Shown one piece after another: positions 46,987 through 59,222 of a stretch of DNA of 64,000 bases. The translations under genes and the position numbers were made by a program. Where the stretch lies: the NCBI RefSeq assembly GCF_036507355.1, contig NZ_AP027877.1; one strand, written 5' to 3'. The notes beneath the pieces are model-generated. The model did no database searches, had not been told where the DNA came from, and saw nothing but the letters and a program-made list of their open reading frames with translations. How positions within the stretch are numbered: position 1 is the first letter of the stretch; every line of letters begins with the position of its first letter. This DNA comes from Escherichia coli (GTDB taxonomy: Bacteria; Pseudomonadota; Gammaproteobacteria; Enterobacterales; Enterobacteriaceae).

Positions 46987-47943
46987 ATGCTACAAAATTG
47001 CGCACAATCAAATTGCCGCATTATTCCTAAGAAATTACGCGATATGAAACGTGAAGAGATTTGCCGCTTGCTGGCGGATAAAGTTAATAAACTGAAAAAT
47101 AAAGAAAATAGTTTGTCAGAACTGTTGCCCGATGTGCGTTTGTTGTATGGCGAGACGCCTTTCGCACGTACACCGGTGATGTACGAGCCTGGCATCATAA
47201 TTCTCTTTTCCGGACATAAAATCGGTTATATCAATGAACGCGTGTTTCGTTATGATGCCAATGAATACCTGCTGCTGACGGTGCCGTTGCCGTTTGAGTG
47301 CGAAACCTATGCCACGTCAGAGGTGCCGCTGGCAGGGTTGCGTCTCAATGTCGATATTTTGCAGTTACAGGAACTGTTGATGGACATTGGCGAAGATGAG
47401 CATTTCCAGCCGTCGATGGCAGCCAGCGGGATTAACTCCGCCACGTTATCAGAAGAGATTTTATGCGCGGCGGAGCGGTTACTCGACGTGATGGAGCGAC
47501 CACTGGATGCGCGTATTCTCGGCAAACAGATCATCCGCGAAATTCTGTACTACGTGCTGACCGGACCTTGCGGCGGCGCGTTACTGGCGCTGGTCAGTCG
47601 CCAGACTCACTTCAGTCTGATTAGCCGCGTGCTGAAACGGATTGAGAATAAATACACCGAAAACCTGAGCGTCGAGCAACTGGCGGCAGAAGCCAATATG
47701 AGCGTATCGGCGTTCCACCATAATTTTAAGTCTGTCACCAGCACCTCGCCGTTGCAGTATTTGAAGAATTACCGTCTGCATAAGGCGCGGATGATGATCA
47801 TCCATGACGGCATGAAGGCCAGCGCAGCAGCGATGCGCGTCGGCTATGAAAGCGCATCGCAATTTAGCCGTGAGTTTAAACGTTACTTCGGTGTGACGCC
47901 GGGGGAAGATGCGGCAAGAATGCGGGCGATGCAGGGGAATTAA
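46987..47943 (+). CDS. yqhC: AraC-family transcriptional activator of yqhD-dkgA
   Basis: ORF 46816..47943; start at ATG 46987 (MLQNCAQSN..., 318 aa); C-terminal AraC HTH. Confidence 0.88.
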   Translation: MLQNCAQSNCRIIPKKLRDMKREEICRLLADKVNKLKNKENSLSELLPDVRLLYGETPFARTPVMYEPGIIILFSGHKIGYINERVFRYDANEYLLLTVPLPFECETYATSEVPLAGLRLNVDILQLQELLMDIGEDEHFQPSMAASGINSATLSEEILCAAERLLDVMERPLDARILGKQIIREILYYVLTGPCGGALLALVSRQTHFSLISRVLKRIENKYTENLSVEQLAAEANMSVSAFHHNFKSVTSTSPLQYLKNYRLHKARMMIIHDGMKASAAAMRVGYESASQFSREFKRYFGVTPGEDAARMRAMQGN

Positions 47944-47982
47944 ATACGTTCCCGGTACAGCAGCCGGGAACGGGGAAAATCG

Positions 47983-48642
47983 TCAGGCGTTACAGTATTT
48001 TTTTTTAATCACCACAAACAGCGTGCCTAACAAGCCAGCGGTTAACAAGGCAATTGGCAGGATCATCAGGAACGTCATTACCTGATCTTCATGGCGTTTA
48101 ACGAACGGAATCATACTTAAGGCATAGCCGAAACTGGTTACCACGCTGACCCACAGCAATCCGCTTAACCAGTTGAAAAACTGGAAACGGCGGTTTGGCA
48201 GACCGGAAATTCCCGCCATGGTTGGCAGCAGCGTACGGACAAATGCAAGAAAACGTCCAGCCAGCAGCGCCAGCAGACCGTGGCGGTCAAACATGCAGGT
48301 GGCGCGCTGATGATATTTAGCAGGAAGCTGTGCCAGCCAGCCTTTCACCGTTTTGGTATTCCCTAACCAGCGCCCCTGAATATAACTTAGCCAGCAGCCC
48401 AGACTTGCTGCGGCGGTCAGAATCGCAATCGTAGGCAGAAAATCCATAACCCCCTGGGCAATCAATGCGCCTGCCAGTATCAACAAGCTGTCGCCTGGCA
48501 AAAATGAGGCGGGCAGCAGGCCGTTTTCTAAAAACAGCGTGGCAAACATGACAAAGTAAACAACGCTAACAATATGAGGATCCGCCAGCGCGGCAAAGTC
48601 GTGTTGCCAGAGAGCAGCGATGATATCTTGAATAACAGCCAT
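47983..48642 (-). CDS. yghB: DedA-family inner membrane protein
   Basis: 219 aa polytopic membrane protein. Confidence 0.9.
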
Positions 48643-48781
48643 GGACTTTCCTGTGGAACAGCGTTTAAGCCTTTATCTGCCTATTGTACTCCTGAATCGT
48701 CCGGGACGCCTTGATCCCGGACGCAACAATTTAAGACTTTTCACAATAAAATGTCTGCAAAATTGTCCAAAAGTGGCAATG

Positions 48782-49969
48782 TTATACAATCCGCGCAAAA
48801 CCGGCGTCCAGATCGGCAATCAGATCGTCGACATCTTCCAGACCAATATGCAGGCGAATCAAGGTCCCGCTAAAATCGATCTCGCCTTGTGGGCGAATGG
48901 CGGCGATATGTTCTGGTTGATTTGCCAGGATCAACGATTCATACCCGCCCCACGAGTAGGCCATGCTGAATAAACTGAAGTTATCCAGATAGTTCGCCAG
49001 CTCTTCATCATTGAGTTTTTTCTTAAGCACAAAGGAAAATAGCCCGCTGCTGCCTGTAAAGTCTCGTTTCCAGAATTCGTGTCCTTTACTGCCTGGCAGG
49101 GCAGGGTGGTTAACTCGCGCAACTTGCGGATGTTCTGCCAGCCATTCGGCCACTTTCAGACTGCTTTCATGATGTTGACGCAAACGCACACCTAATGTGC
49201 GCAGGCCACGGCTGGTTATATAGGCGGTATCAGCATCGACCATTTGGCCCATCAGATAGGCATTTTCCCGTAGCTGCTCCCAGCAACGGGCATTGCACAC
49301 CGCAGTGCCAATCATCGCATCTGAATGCCCAACCAGATATTTGGTGGCGGCCTGAATAGAAACATCGATGCCAAAATCCAGCGCCTTAAACAGCACACCG
49401 GCTGCCCAGGTGTTGTCGATCATAATGATGGCATCCGGCACCACACTGCGCACGGCGGCAACAATCGCCGGAACGTCGTGGACTTCCATAGTGATGGAAC
49501 CCGGCGATTCCAGAAATACGATTTTAGTGTTTGGCTGCAGATGCTTAACGATATCGGCACCAATCAGCGGATCAAACCATGATGTCGTTACGCCCAGTTT
49601 GCTGAGGATTTTGCTACAGAAATCCTGACTCGGTTCATAGGCGGTGTTGGTCATCAACACATGATCGCCCTGTTCGACAAAAGCAAGAATCGAATTAGCA
49701 ACCGCTGCCGCCCCGCAGGGAAATAGCGCGCAGCCTGCGCCACCTTCCAGTTCACACATCGCTTGTTGTAAGGAAAAATGGGTTAACGTTCCGCGCCGTC
49801 CATAGAACAACTCGCCATTGGCGCGATTGCGCGTCGCGTGCTTTTTGGCTTCCATACTGTCAAATACCAGCGAAGAAGCGCGCTGAATCACGCTATTTAC
49901 CGCGCCGAGAGTGTATTTTTTGCTGCGTCCTGCATTCACCAGTTGAGTATCAAGCTTTTTGTCCGCCAT
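48782..49969 (-). CDS. metC: Cystathionine beta-lyase
   Basis: ORF 48782..50104; start at ATG 49969 ([25 protein letters not shown]..., 395 aa); PLP-dependent Cys/Met metabolism family. Confidence 0.93.
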   Translation of the reverse strand: MADKKLDTQLVNAGRSKKYTLGAVNSVIQRASSLVFDSMEAKKHATRNRANGELFYGRRGTLTHFSLQQAMCELEGGAGCALFPCGAAAVANSILAFVEQGDHVLMTNTAYEPSQDFCSKILSKLGVTTSWFDPLIGADIVKHLQPNTKIVFLESPGSITMEVHDVPAIVAAVRSVVPDAIIMIDNTWAAGVLFKALDFGIDVSIQAATKYLVGHSDAMIGTAVCNARCWEQLRENAYLMGQMVDADTAYITSRGLRTLGVRLRQHHESSLKVAEWLAEHPQVARVNHPALPGSKGHEFWKRDFTGSSGLFSFVLKKKLNDEELANYLDNFSLFSMAYSWGGYESLILANQPEHIAAIRPQGEIDFSGTLIRLHIGLEDVDDLIADLDAGFARIV

Positions 49970-50220
49970 GTCGGGATTCCTGTTTTTATACGTCTGGATG
50001 TCTAAACTAGCATGAATATTCGCGGGCGCATCCTGAAGAATTGGCATAAAGCAGAAAATTTTCGCAAATGGCGTGCTGGTGACTTTTTTACTGCGTAAAC
50101 GCAAGGAAAAGAAAGCAAAGGTACGGCAGTATGCAAATAGTAATGAGAACGACTATCAATTCGACGTCGTTTTGATATTATTATGCGCAGATTTTGTGAC
50201 TTGCGTCCTGGAGATACACA

Positions 50221-50955
50221 GTGGGTAATAATTTAATGCAGACGGACCTTTCCGTCTGGGGTATGTATCAGCACGCCGATATTGTCGTTAAGTGCGTGAT
50301 GATTGGGCTTATTTTGGCCTCCGTAGTCACCTGGGCAATCTTCTTCAGTAAGAGCGTAGAGTTCTTCAATCAGAAGCGTCGCCTTAAGCGCGAGCAGCAA
50401 CTGCTGGCTAAAGCGCGTTCCTTAAACCAGGCCAACGATATCGCCGCTGATTTTGGTAGCAAAAGCTTAAGCCTGCATTTGCTCAATGAAGCGCAGAATG
50501 AGCTGGAACTGTCAGAAGGCAGCGACGATAACGAAGGTATTAAAGAACGTACCAGCTTCCGTCTGGAGCGTCGGGTCGCCGCAGTAGGTCGTCAAATGGG
50601 CCGCGGTAACGGCTATCTGGCAACCATCGGCGCGATTTCGCCGTTCGTTGGGCTGTTTGGTACGGTCTGGGGCATCATGAACAGCTTTATTGGTATCGCG
50701 CAAACGCAGACCACTAACCTGGCAGTCGTTGCGCCGGGTATCGCAGAAGCTCTGTTAGCAACGGCAATCGGTCTGGTGGCAGCGATTCCGGCGGTCGTTA
50801 TCTATAACGTATTTGCACGCCAGATTGGCGGCTTTAAAGCGATGCTGGGTGATGTTGCAGCGCAGGTATTGTTGCTGCAAAGCCGTGACCTGGATCTGGA
50901 AGCCAGCGCCGCTGCGCATCCGGTTCGTGTCGCACAAAAATTACGCGCAGGATAA
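50221..50955 (+). CDS. exbB: TonB-system energizer ExbB
   Basis: 244 aa, MotA/TolQ/ExbB family. Confidence 0.95.
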   Translation: MGNNLMQTDLSVWGMYQHADIVVKCVMIGLILASVVTWAIFFSKSVEFFNQKRRLKREQQLLAKARSLNQANDIAADFGSKSLSLHLLNEAQNELELSEGSDDNEGIKERTSFRLERRVAAVGRQMGRGNGYLATIGAISPFVGLFGTVWGIMNSFIGIAQTQTTNLAVVAPGIAEALLATAIGLVAAIPAVVIYNVFARQIGGFKAMLGDVAAQVLLLQSRDLDLEASAAAHPVRVAQKLRAG

Positions 50956-50961
50956 TGTCCG

Positions 50962-51387
50962 ATGGCAATGCATCTTAACGAAAACCTCGACGATAACGGC
51001 GAAATGCATGATATCAACGTGACGCCGTTTATCGACGTGATGTTGGTTCTGCTGATTATCTTTATGGTGGCGGCACCGTTAGCGACGGTAGATGTGAAGG
51101 TTAACTTGCCTGCTTCTACCAGCACGCCGCAGCCGCGCCCGGAAAAACCGGTTTATCTGTCGGTGAAGGCAGACAACTCGATGTTTATCGGTAACGATCC
51201 GGTCACCGATGAAACAATGATTACGGCGTTGAATGCGTTAACCGAAGGTAAGAAAGACACCACCATCTTCTTCCGAGCGGACAAAACCGTCGATTACGAG
51301 ACGTTGATGAAGGTAATGGATACGCTGCATCAGGCGGGTTATCTGAAGATAGGCCTGGTCGGCGAAGAAACCGCTAAAGCGAAGTAA
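50962..51387 (+). CDS. exbD: TonB-system energizer ExbD
   Basis: 141 aa, single N-terminal TM helix. Confidence 0.95.
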   Translation: MAMHLNENLDDNGEMHDINVTPFIDVMLVLLIIFMVAAPLATVDVKVNLPASTSTPQPRPEKPVYLSVKADNSMFIGNDPVTDETMITALNALTEGKKDTTIFFRADKTVDYETLMKVMDTLHQAGYLKIGLVGEETAKAK

Positions 51388-51396
51388 AGTAGAATT

Positions 51397-51615
51397 GCCT
51401 GATGCGCTACGCTCATCAGGCCTACAAAATCTATTGCAACATGTTGAATCTTCGTGCGTTTGTAGGCCGGATAAGGCGTTCACGCCGCATCCGGCATTAG
51501 GTGCTCAATGCCTGATGCGCTACGCTTATCAGGCCTACAAAATCTATTGCAACATGTTGAATCTTCATGCGTTTGTAGGCGGATAAGGCGTTTTCGCCAC
51601 ATCAGGTAAGAGTGA
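51397..51615. repeat. BIME-type REP cluster: two tandem ~113-bp units
   Basis: gcctgatgcgctacgctYatcaggcctacaaaatctattgcaacatgttgaatcttcRtgcgtttgtaggc... repeated at 51397 and 51510. Confidence 0.85.
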
Positions 51616-51625
51616 ATTCACAATG

Positions 51626-51662
51626 ATGCCCGGTTGCTTTTCACAACCGGGCATTTTTTTAA
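51626..51662. terminator. Bidirectional terminator between exbD and yghA
   Basis: atgcccggttg/caaccgggcat hairpin followed by T7; overlaps the yghA stop codon. Confidence 0.75.
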
Positions 51663-52543
51663 CCTAAATGCTCGCCGCCGCACACGCCGTGCACTTCTGC
51701 GGTGACGTAGCTCGACTCCTGACTTGCCAGATAAACATATACAGGGGCCAGTTCCGCCGGTTGCCCCGCACGCTTCATCGGCGTTTTCTGACCAAACTGC
51801 GGGATCTTATCCTGCGTTTGTCCGCCGGAAATTTGCAGTGCTGTCCAGATCGGGCCTGGCGCGACAATATTCACCCGAATACCTTTCTCTGCGACCTGTT
51901 TTGCCAGGCCACGGCTGTAGTTCAGAATTGCCGCCTTCGTAGCTGCATAGTCCAGTAAATGCGGGCTTGGCTGGTATGCCTGGATTGACGAAGTGGTGAT
52001 GATACTTGCACCTTTCGGTAGCAGGGGTATCGCTTCCTGGGTTAGCCAGAACAGTGCGAAAACGTTAATGGCAAAGGTCTTTTGAAACTGTTCGCTGGTG
52101 AGGTCTGCAATATCAGGAATGGCAACCTGTTTCCCGGCGACCAGCGCCATAATATCCAGCCCACCTAAGGCCTTATGCGCTTCGTGAACCAGCGAACGGG
52201 CAAATTTCTCATCGCTTAAATCGCCTGGCAGCAGAACGGCTTTGCGTCCGCATTCTTCAATGATCTTTTTCACATCCTGAGCGTCTTCTTCTTCTACGGG
52301 AAGATAACTGATCGCCACGTCAGCCCCTTCACGCGCGTAAGCGATGGCGGCAGCGCGACCGATTCCGGAATCGCCCCCTGTCACCAGGGCTTTACGATCT
52401 TTCAGGCGACCGCTACCAACATAGGTTTTCTCGCCGCAATCCGGTACCGGTGTCATCTTCGCCTGGATGCCTGGCGTCGGTTGTTTCTGTTTGGGATATT
52501 CACCAGTGTAATACTGCGTGGTCGGGTCTTTTAAATGAGACAT
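51659..52543 (-). CDS. yghA: Short-chain dehydrogenase/reductase
   Basis: 294 aa; [10 protein letters not shown] Rossmann motif. Confidence 0.9.
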   Translation of the reverse strand: MSHLKDPTTQYYTGEYPKQKQPTPGIQAKMTPVPDCGEKTYVGSGRLKDRKALVTGGDSGIGRAAAIAYAREGADVAISYLPVEEEDAQDVKKIIEECGRKAVLLPGDLSDEKFARSLVHEAHKALGGLDIMALVAGKQVAIPDIADLTSEQFQKTFAINVFALFWLTQEAIPLLPKGASIITTSSIQAYQPSPHLLDYAATKAAILNYSRGLAKQVAEKGIRVNIVAPGPIWTALQISGGQTQDKIPQFGQKTPMKRAGQPAELAPVYVYLASQESSYVTAEVHGVCGGEHLG

Positions 52544-52664
52544 CGTTTTTCTCCCTTCAGGTTCAACGTCCTTTAAGGGTAGACGCTCTCGATGCGTTGA
52601 TAAGGGAACCAGGAAGATCCCTAACCCTCAGAATTATGCGACAAAGATTTAACGGATATGTTGA

Positions 52665-53228
<564 letters not shown>

Positions 53229-53267
53229 TCTGATTCGGGCGCGGTTCTCGCGCCCGTTATTAACAGG

Positions 53268-54308
53268 TCATTTATCGGAAGACGCCTGCCACAGATTCAG
53301 CTCGCCATCGGCGATATGCTGATCGATCTGCGCCAGCTCCTCGGTGCTAAATGTCAGATTATTCAGCGCCTGCACGTTCTCCTCAAGTTGCTCCGCGCGG
53401 CTGGCACCAACCAATACCGACGTCACTCGCTCATCTTTCAGCAACCAGCTTAACGCCATTTGCGCCATTGATTGTCCACGCTGCTGTGCCATGTCATTCA
53501 ATAATCGCAGGCTGTTGAGGTTGGCTTCGGTGAGCATTTTCGGCGTCAGACCACGAACTTTATTCCCTTCACGATGCATCCGTGAATCTTGCGGAATGCC
53601 GTTGAGATATTTTCCGGTCAGCAATCCCTGAGCCAGAGGAGTAAAGGCAATGCAGCCCACGCCGTTATTTTGCAGGGTATCCAGCAGGCCGCTTTTATCC
53701 ACCCAGCGGTTCAGTAAATTGTACGAAGGTTGATGAATTAACAGCGGAATTTTCCACTCGCGCAGTAACTCGACCATTTTTTGCGTCCGCTCTGGCGAGT
53801 AAGAGGAGATCCCGACATACAGCGCCTTACCGCTTTGTACCGCATGAGCCAGCGCAGAGGCGGTTTCTTCCATCGGCGTATTTTCATCGACGCGATGAGA
53901 GTAAAAGATATCGACATACTCAAGCCCCATACGCTTCAGGCTTTGGTCGAGGCTGGCGAGCAGGTATTTACGTGAACCGCCAGAGCCGTAAGGGCCGGGC
54001 CACATATCGTAGCCAGCCTTGGTAGAGATAATCAGTTCATCGCGATAAGCGGCAAAATCCTCCCGCAGCAGGCGACCAAAGTTCTCTTCTGCGCTTCCTG
54101 GAGGCGGCCCGTAATTGTTGGCTAAATCAAAGTGCGTAATGCCCAAATCAAACGCTTTGCGCAGGATCGCACGCTGTGGTTCCAGCGCGTTAACGTGACC
54201 GAAATTGTGCCATAAACCGAGCGATAACGCGGGCAGGCGTAAACCGCTTTTTCCGCAATAGCGGTATTGCATCTGCCCGTAACGTTCGGGATTCGCTAAC
54301 CAGACCAT
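53268..54308 (-). CDS. yghZ: L-glyceraldehyde 3-phosphate reductase (AKR family, Kv-beta-like)
   Basis: 346-aa aldo-keto reductase. Confidence 0.9.
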   Translation of the reverse strand: MVWLANPERYGQMQYRYCGKSGLRLPALSLGLWHNFGHVNALEPQRAILRKAFDLGITHFDLANNYGPPPGSAEENFGRLLREDFAAYRDELIISTKAGYDMWPGPYGSGGSRKYLLASLDQSLKRMGLEYVDIFYSHRVDENTPMEETASALAHAVQSGKALYVGISSYSPERTQKMVELLREWKIPLLIHQPSYNLLNRWVDKSGLLDTLQNNGVGCIAFTPLAQGLLTGKYLNGIPQDSRMHREGNKVRGLTPKMLTEANLNSLRLLNDMAQQRGQSMAQMALSWLLKDERVTSVLVGASRAEQLEENVQALNNLTFSTEELAQIDQHIADGELNLWQASSDK

Positions 54309-54464
54309 GACCTCTCCTTTCCACCGTTCAATTTCGAAACAATGTTTCTAGTTTAGCGATTCGCCAGCGCGTATCCCGTAGTCTGGCTCACAGAGTGACG
54401 AAAAACTGGGCAAAAACACGTGCTTATGCTTTGCTTAAAAAAACACCAACTGAGGAGTGCAACG

Positions 54465-55352
54465 ATGCCGCGTTTAACCGCCAAAGATTTCCCACAAGAG
54501 TTGTTGGATTACTACGACTATTACGCTCACGGGAAAATCTCGAAACGTGAGTTCCTCAACCTGGCGGCGAAGTATGCGGTGGGCGGGATGACGGCATTAG
54601 CGTTGTTTGATTTGCTCAAGCCAAATTATGCGCTGGCGACTCAGGTAGAGTTTACCGACCCGGAGATTGTTGCTGAGTACATCACGTATCCTTCGCCAAA
54701 TGGTCACGGCGAGGTACGGGGTTATCTGGTGAAACCCGCAAGGATGAGCGGCAAAACGCCAGCCGTGGTGGTGGTGCATGAGAATCGTGGACTGAATCCG
54801 TATATCGAAGATGTGGCACGGCGAGTGGCGAAGGCGGGGTATATCGCCCTGGCACCTGACGGCTTAAGTTCCGTTGGAGGTTATCCGGGAAATGATGATA
54901 AAGGTCGTGAGCTGCAACAGCAGGTTGATCCAACCAAACTGATGAATGATTTTTTTGCCGCAATTGAGTTTATGCAACGCTATCCGCAAGCGACAGGCAA
55001 AGTGGGTATTACCGGATTTTGCTATGGCGGTGGCGTATCGAACGCGGCGGCTGTCGCGTATCCGGAACTGGCCTGCGCGGTGCCGTTTTATGGTCGTCAG
55101 GCACCCACTGCCGATGTGGCGAAGATTGAAGCGCCTTTACTACTCCACTTCGCGGAACTGGACACCCGAATCAACGAGGGCTGGCCTGCTTACGAGGCGG
55201 CGTTGAAAGCCAATAATAAGGTTTATGAGGCGTATATCTATCCGGGGGTTAATCACGGATTCCATAATGATTCCACGCCCCGTTATGACAAATCTGCCGC
55301 CGATCTTGCCTGGCAAAGGACACTGAAATGGTTCGATAAATATCTCTCCTGA
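54465..55352 (+). CDS. yghX: Dienelactone hydrolase family protein, intact
   Basis: ORF 54420..55352; start at ATG 54465 behind GAGGAG RBS; GFCYGG nucleophile motif; putative signal region SKREFLNLAAKYAVGGMTALALF...ALA. Confidence 0.8.
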   Translation: MPRLTAKDFPQELLDYYDYYAHGKISKREFLNLAAKYAVGGMTALALFDLLKPNYALATQVEFTDPEIVAEYITYPSPNGHGEVRGYLVKPARMSGKTPAVVVVHENRGLNPYIEDVARRVAKAGYIALAPDGLSSVGGYPGNDDKGRELQQQVDPTKLMNDFFAAIEFMQRYPQATGKVGITGFCYGGGVSNAAAVAYPELACAVPFYGRQAPTADVAKIEAPLLLHFAELDTRINEGWPAYEAALKANNKVYEAYIYPGVNHGFHNDSTPRYDKSAADLAWQRTLKWFDKYLS

Positions 55353-55470
55353 TAGGTTTATCTCTTACGGGATTACGTCTTAAACAAGCATGAAAAAATA
55401 GCGTGCGCAAAAGTCGTTCTTTGCCTAAAATATCGCTATATATGACAATATATAGTGAATGAGGTGAACG

Positions 55471-55758
55471 ATGAATAACCATTTTGGTAAAGGCTTAATG
55501 GCGGGATTAAAAGCAACGCATGCCGACAGTGCGGTTAATGTGACAAAATTCTGTGCCGATTATAAACGCGGTTTTGTATTAGGCTACTCACACCGGATGT
55601 ACGAAAAGACCGGAGATCGCCAGCTTAGCGCCTGGGAAGCGGGTATTCTGACGCGCCGCTATGGACTGGATAAAGAGATGGTAATGGATTTCTTTCGTGA
55701 GAATAATTCCTGTTCTACGTTGCGCTTTTTTATGGCCGGTTATCGCCTCGAAAATTGA
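55471..55758 (+). CDS. yghW: DUF2623 family small protein
   Basis: 95-aa ORF upstream of the hyb operon. Confidence 0.8.
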
Positions 55759-55946
55759 TCAAACATACGTATTATCTTGCTTTAATTAATTACACTAATG
55801 CTTCTTCCCTTCGTTTTAGCGCCCCGCCGCAGTATCATGATATCGATAACCATAATAAATGTGTGGTAAATGGCGCATCGATCGCATTATTGATTTTGCG
55901 ATTGAGGCAAAATATATGCCAGGTCTTCGCAACGGAATAACTATAA

Positions 55947-57065
55947 ATGACTGGAGATAACACCCTCATCCATTCTCACGGCATTAACCGTCGTGATTTC
56001 ATGAAGCTTTGTGCAGCATTAGCCGCCACCATGGGGTTAAGTAGCAAAGCCGCTGCAGAGATGGCCGAATCGGTTACTAACCCGCAGCGTCCGCCAGTTA
56101 TCTGGATTGGCGCTCAGGAGTGCACCGGTTGTACGGAATCTCTGCTTCGTGCAACGCATCCAACGGTAGAAAATCTCGTGCTGGAGACTATCTCTCTGGA
56201 ATATCACGAAGTGCTTTCCGCCGCCTTCGGTCATCAGGTCGAAGAGAACAAACATAACGCTCTCGAGAAGTACAAAGGGCAGTATGTGTTAGTGGTGGAT
56301 GGTTCCATCCCATTAAAAGATAACGGTATTTATTGCATGGTTGCCGGTGAGCCGATTGTGGATCACATCCGCAAAGCGGCGGAAGGCGCAGCAGCCATTA
56401 TCGCTATCGGTTCCTGCTCCGCGTGGGGCGGTGTTGCCGCAGCTGGAGTTAACCCAACTGGCGCAGTCAGCCTGCAAGAAGTTCTGCCAGGCAAAACCGT
56501 TATCAATATTCCGGGCTGCCCGCCGAACCCGCACAACTTCCTCGCGACCGTTGCGCACATCATCACTTACGGCAAACCGCCGAAACTGGATGACAAAAAC
56601 CGTCCGACCTTCGCCTATGGCCGTCTGATTCACGAACACTGCGAACGTCGCCCGCACTTCGATGCTGGTCGTTTTGCCAAAGAGTTCGGTGATGAAGGCC
56701 ACCGCGAAGGCTGGTGCCTGTACCACCTCGGCTGTAAAGGGCCAGAAACTTACGGCAACTGCTCAACGCTGCAATTCTGCGATGTTGGCGGTGTGTGGCC
56801 GGTGGCGATTGGTCACCCGTGCTATGGCTGTAACGAAGAAGGTATCGGCTTCCATAAAGGCATCCATCAGCTTGCCAACGTCGAAAATCAGACTCCGCGT
56901 TCACAGAAACCGGATGTTAACGCTAAAGAGGGCGGCAACGTCTCTGCAGGCGCTATTGGTTTGCTCGGCGGTGTGGTTGGGCTGGTTGCCGGTGTCAGCG
57001 TGATGGCGGTGCGTGAACTGGGTCGTCAGCAAAAGAAAGATAACGCTGACTCACGGGGAGAATAA
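55947..57065 (+). CDS. hybO: Hydrogenase-2 small subunit (Tat signal)
   Basis: 372 aa; twin-arginine signal [16 protein letters not shown]; Fe-S cysteine clusters; C-terminal TM anchor. Confidence 0.95.
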   Translation: MTGDNTLIHSHGINRRDFMKLCAALAATMGLSSKAAAEMAESVTNPQRPPVIWIGAQECTGCTESLLRATHPTVENLVLETISLEYHEVLSAAFGHQVEENKHNALEKYKGQYVLVVDGSIPLKDNGIYCMVAGEPIVDHIRKAAEGAAAIIAIGSCSAWGGVAAAGVNPTGAVSLQEVLPGKTVINIPGCPPNPHNFLATVAHIITYGKPPKLDDKNRPTFAYGRLIHEHCERRPHFDAGRFAKEFGDEGHREGWCLYHLGCKGPETYGNCSTLQFCDVGGVWPVAIGHPCYGCNEEGIGFHKGIHQLANVENQTPRSQKPDVNAKEGGNVSAGAIGLLGGVVGLVAGVSVMAVRELGRQQKKDNADSRGE

Positions 57066-57067
57066 CC

Positions 57068-58054
57068 GTGAACAGACGTAATTTTATTAAAGCAGCCTCC
57101 TGCGGGGCATTGCTGACGGGCGCGCTGCCGTCTGTCAGTCATGCGGCTGCTGAAAACCGCCCGCCAATTCCGGGATCGCTGGGGATGTTGTACGACTCGA
57201 CCTTGTGCGTAGGCTGCCAGGCTTGCGTCACCAAGTGTCAGGATATCAACTTCCCTGAACGTAACCCGCAAGGGGAACAGACCTGGTCGAACAACGACAA
57301 ACTGTCGCCGTATACCAATAACATCATTCAGGTGTGGACCAGCGGCACAGGGGTCAACAAAGACCAGGAGGAGAACGGCTACGCGTACATTAAGAAACAG
57401 TGTATGCACTGCGTCGATCCGAACTGTGTCTCTGTGTGCCCGGTCTCTGCACTGAAAAAAGATCCGAAAACCGGCATTGTCCATTACGACAAAGACGTGT
57501 GCACCGGTTGCCGTTACTGCATGGTCGCCTGTCCGTACAACGTGCCGAAGTACGACTACAACAACCCGTTTGGTGCGCTGCATAAGTGCGAGCTGTGCAA
57601 CCAGAAAGGTGTGGAACGTCTCGATAAAGGCGGTCTGCCTGGCTGCGTAGAAGTGTGCCCGGCGGGCGCGGTGATTTTCGGTACGCGTGAAGAGCTGATG
57701 GCGGAGGCGAAAAAACGTCTGGCGCTGAAGCCTGGCAGCGAATACCACTATCCGCGTCAGACGCTGAAATCTGGCGACACTTACCTGCATACGGTGCCGA
57801 AATATTATCCGCATCTGTACGGCGAGAAAGAGGGCGGCGGTACTCAGGTTCTGGTACTGACGGGTGTGCCTTATGAAAATCTCGACCTGCCGAAACTGGA
57901 CGATCTTTCTACCGGTGCGCGTTCCGAAAATATTCAACACACCCTGTATAAAGGCATGATGCTACCACTGGCTGTGCTGGCGGGCTTAACCGTGCTGGTT
58001 CGTCGCAACACCAAAAACGACCATCACGACGGAGGAGACGATCATGAGTCATGA
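57068..58054 (+). CDS. hybA: Hydrogenase-2 4Fe-4S ferredoxin-type subunit
   Basis: 328 aa; several C..C..C...CP ferredoxin motifs. Confidence 0.95.
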
Positions 58055-59222
58055 TCCACAACCGCTGGGCGGCAAAATCATCAGTAAACCGGTCATGATT
58101 TTTGGACCGTTAATCGTCATCTGTATGCTCCTGATTGTGAAGCGTCTGGTGTTCGGTCTGGGCTCTGTCTCCGACCTGAACGGCGGCTTTCCGTGGGGCG
58201 TGTGGATCGCGTTTGACCTGCTGATCGGCACCGGCTTTGCCTGTGGCGGCTGGGCGCTGGCGTGGGCGGTATACGTCTTTAACCGTGGGCAATACCATCC
58301 GCTGGTGCGTCCGGCGCTGTTGGCGAGTCTGTTTGGTTACTCACTGGGTGGCTTGTCGATCACTATCGACGTGGGTCGCTACTGGAACCTGCCGTACTTC
58401 TACATTCCGGGTCACTTCAACGTGAACTCGGTACTGTTCGAGACGGCGGTCTGTATGACCATCTACATCGGCGTGATGGCTCTGGAGTTTGCTCCGGCAC
58501 TGTTTGAACGTCTGGGCTGGAAGGTGTCGCTACAGCGTCTGAACAAGGTGATGTTCTTCATCATCGCGCTCGGTGCGCTGCTGCCGACCATGCACCAGTC
58601 TTCAATGGGGTCGCTGATGATCTCGGCGGGCTACAAGGTGCATCCGCTGTGGCAGAGCTATGAAATGTTGCCGCTGTTCTCGCTGCTGACGGCGTTCATC
58701 ATGGGCTTCTCGATTGTCATCTTTGAAGGTTCACTGGTGCAGGCGGGTCTGCGTGGCAACGGTCCGGATGAAAAGAGCCTGTTCGTCAAGCTGACCAACA
58801 CCATCAGTGTGTTGCTGGCGATTTTCATCGTGCTGCGCTTTGGCGAGCTTATCTATCGCGACAAGCTGTCGTTAGCGTTTGCCGGTGACTTCTACTCCGT
58901 GATGTTCTGGATTGAAGTCCTGCTGATGCTCTTCCCGCTGGTCGTTCTGCGTGTGGCGAAGCTGCGTAATGATTCCCGCATGCTGTTCCTGTCAGCACTG
59001 AGCGCACTGTTAGGTTGTGCAACCTGGCGTCTGACCTATTCGCTGGTGGCATTCAACCCGGGCGGCGGTTACGCCTACTTCCCGACCTGGGAAGAACTGT
59101 TGATTTCTATTGGTTTTGTGGCTATTGAGATTTGCGCTTACATCGTACTCATTCGTCTACTGCCGATACTTCCTCCTTTAAAACAAAACGATCATAATCG
59201 TCATGAGGCGAGCAAAGCATGA
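58044..59222 (+). CDS. hybB: Hydrogenase-2 integral membrane subunit
   Basis: 392-aa polytopic membrane protein; overlaps hybA by 11 nt. Confidence 0.93.

Noticed and set aside
51395-51586. 63-aa ORF within the BIME repeats as a small protein
   Set aside because: It lies entirely within palindromic REP units; ORFs there are a consequence of the repeat sequence.
55759-55946. FNR-type site (TTGAT-N4-ATCAA) upstream of hybO
   Set aside because: Only partial half-site matches (ttgattttgcgattgagg) were visible by eye; not enough to call without a position-weight-matrix scan.
57026-57940. 304-aa minus-strand ORF antisense to hybA; similar long antisense ORFs at 59267..60217 (hybC), 37015..37854 (parC), 41419..42471 (ygiQ), 34505..35299 (ygiS), 10332..10895 and 11946..12464 (glnE)
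   Set aside because: Shadow ORFs on the opposite strand of well-supported genes; translations are Arg/His/Gln-rich low-complexity with no domain signatures.
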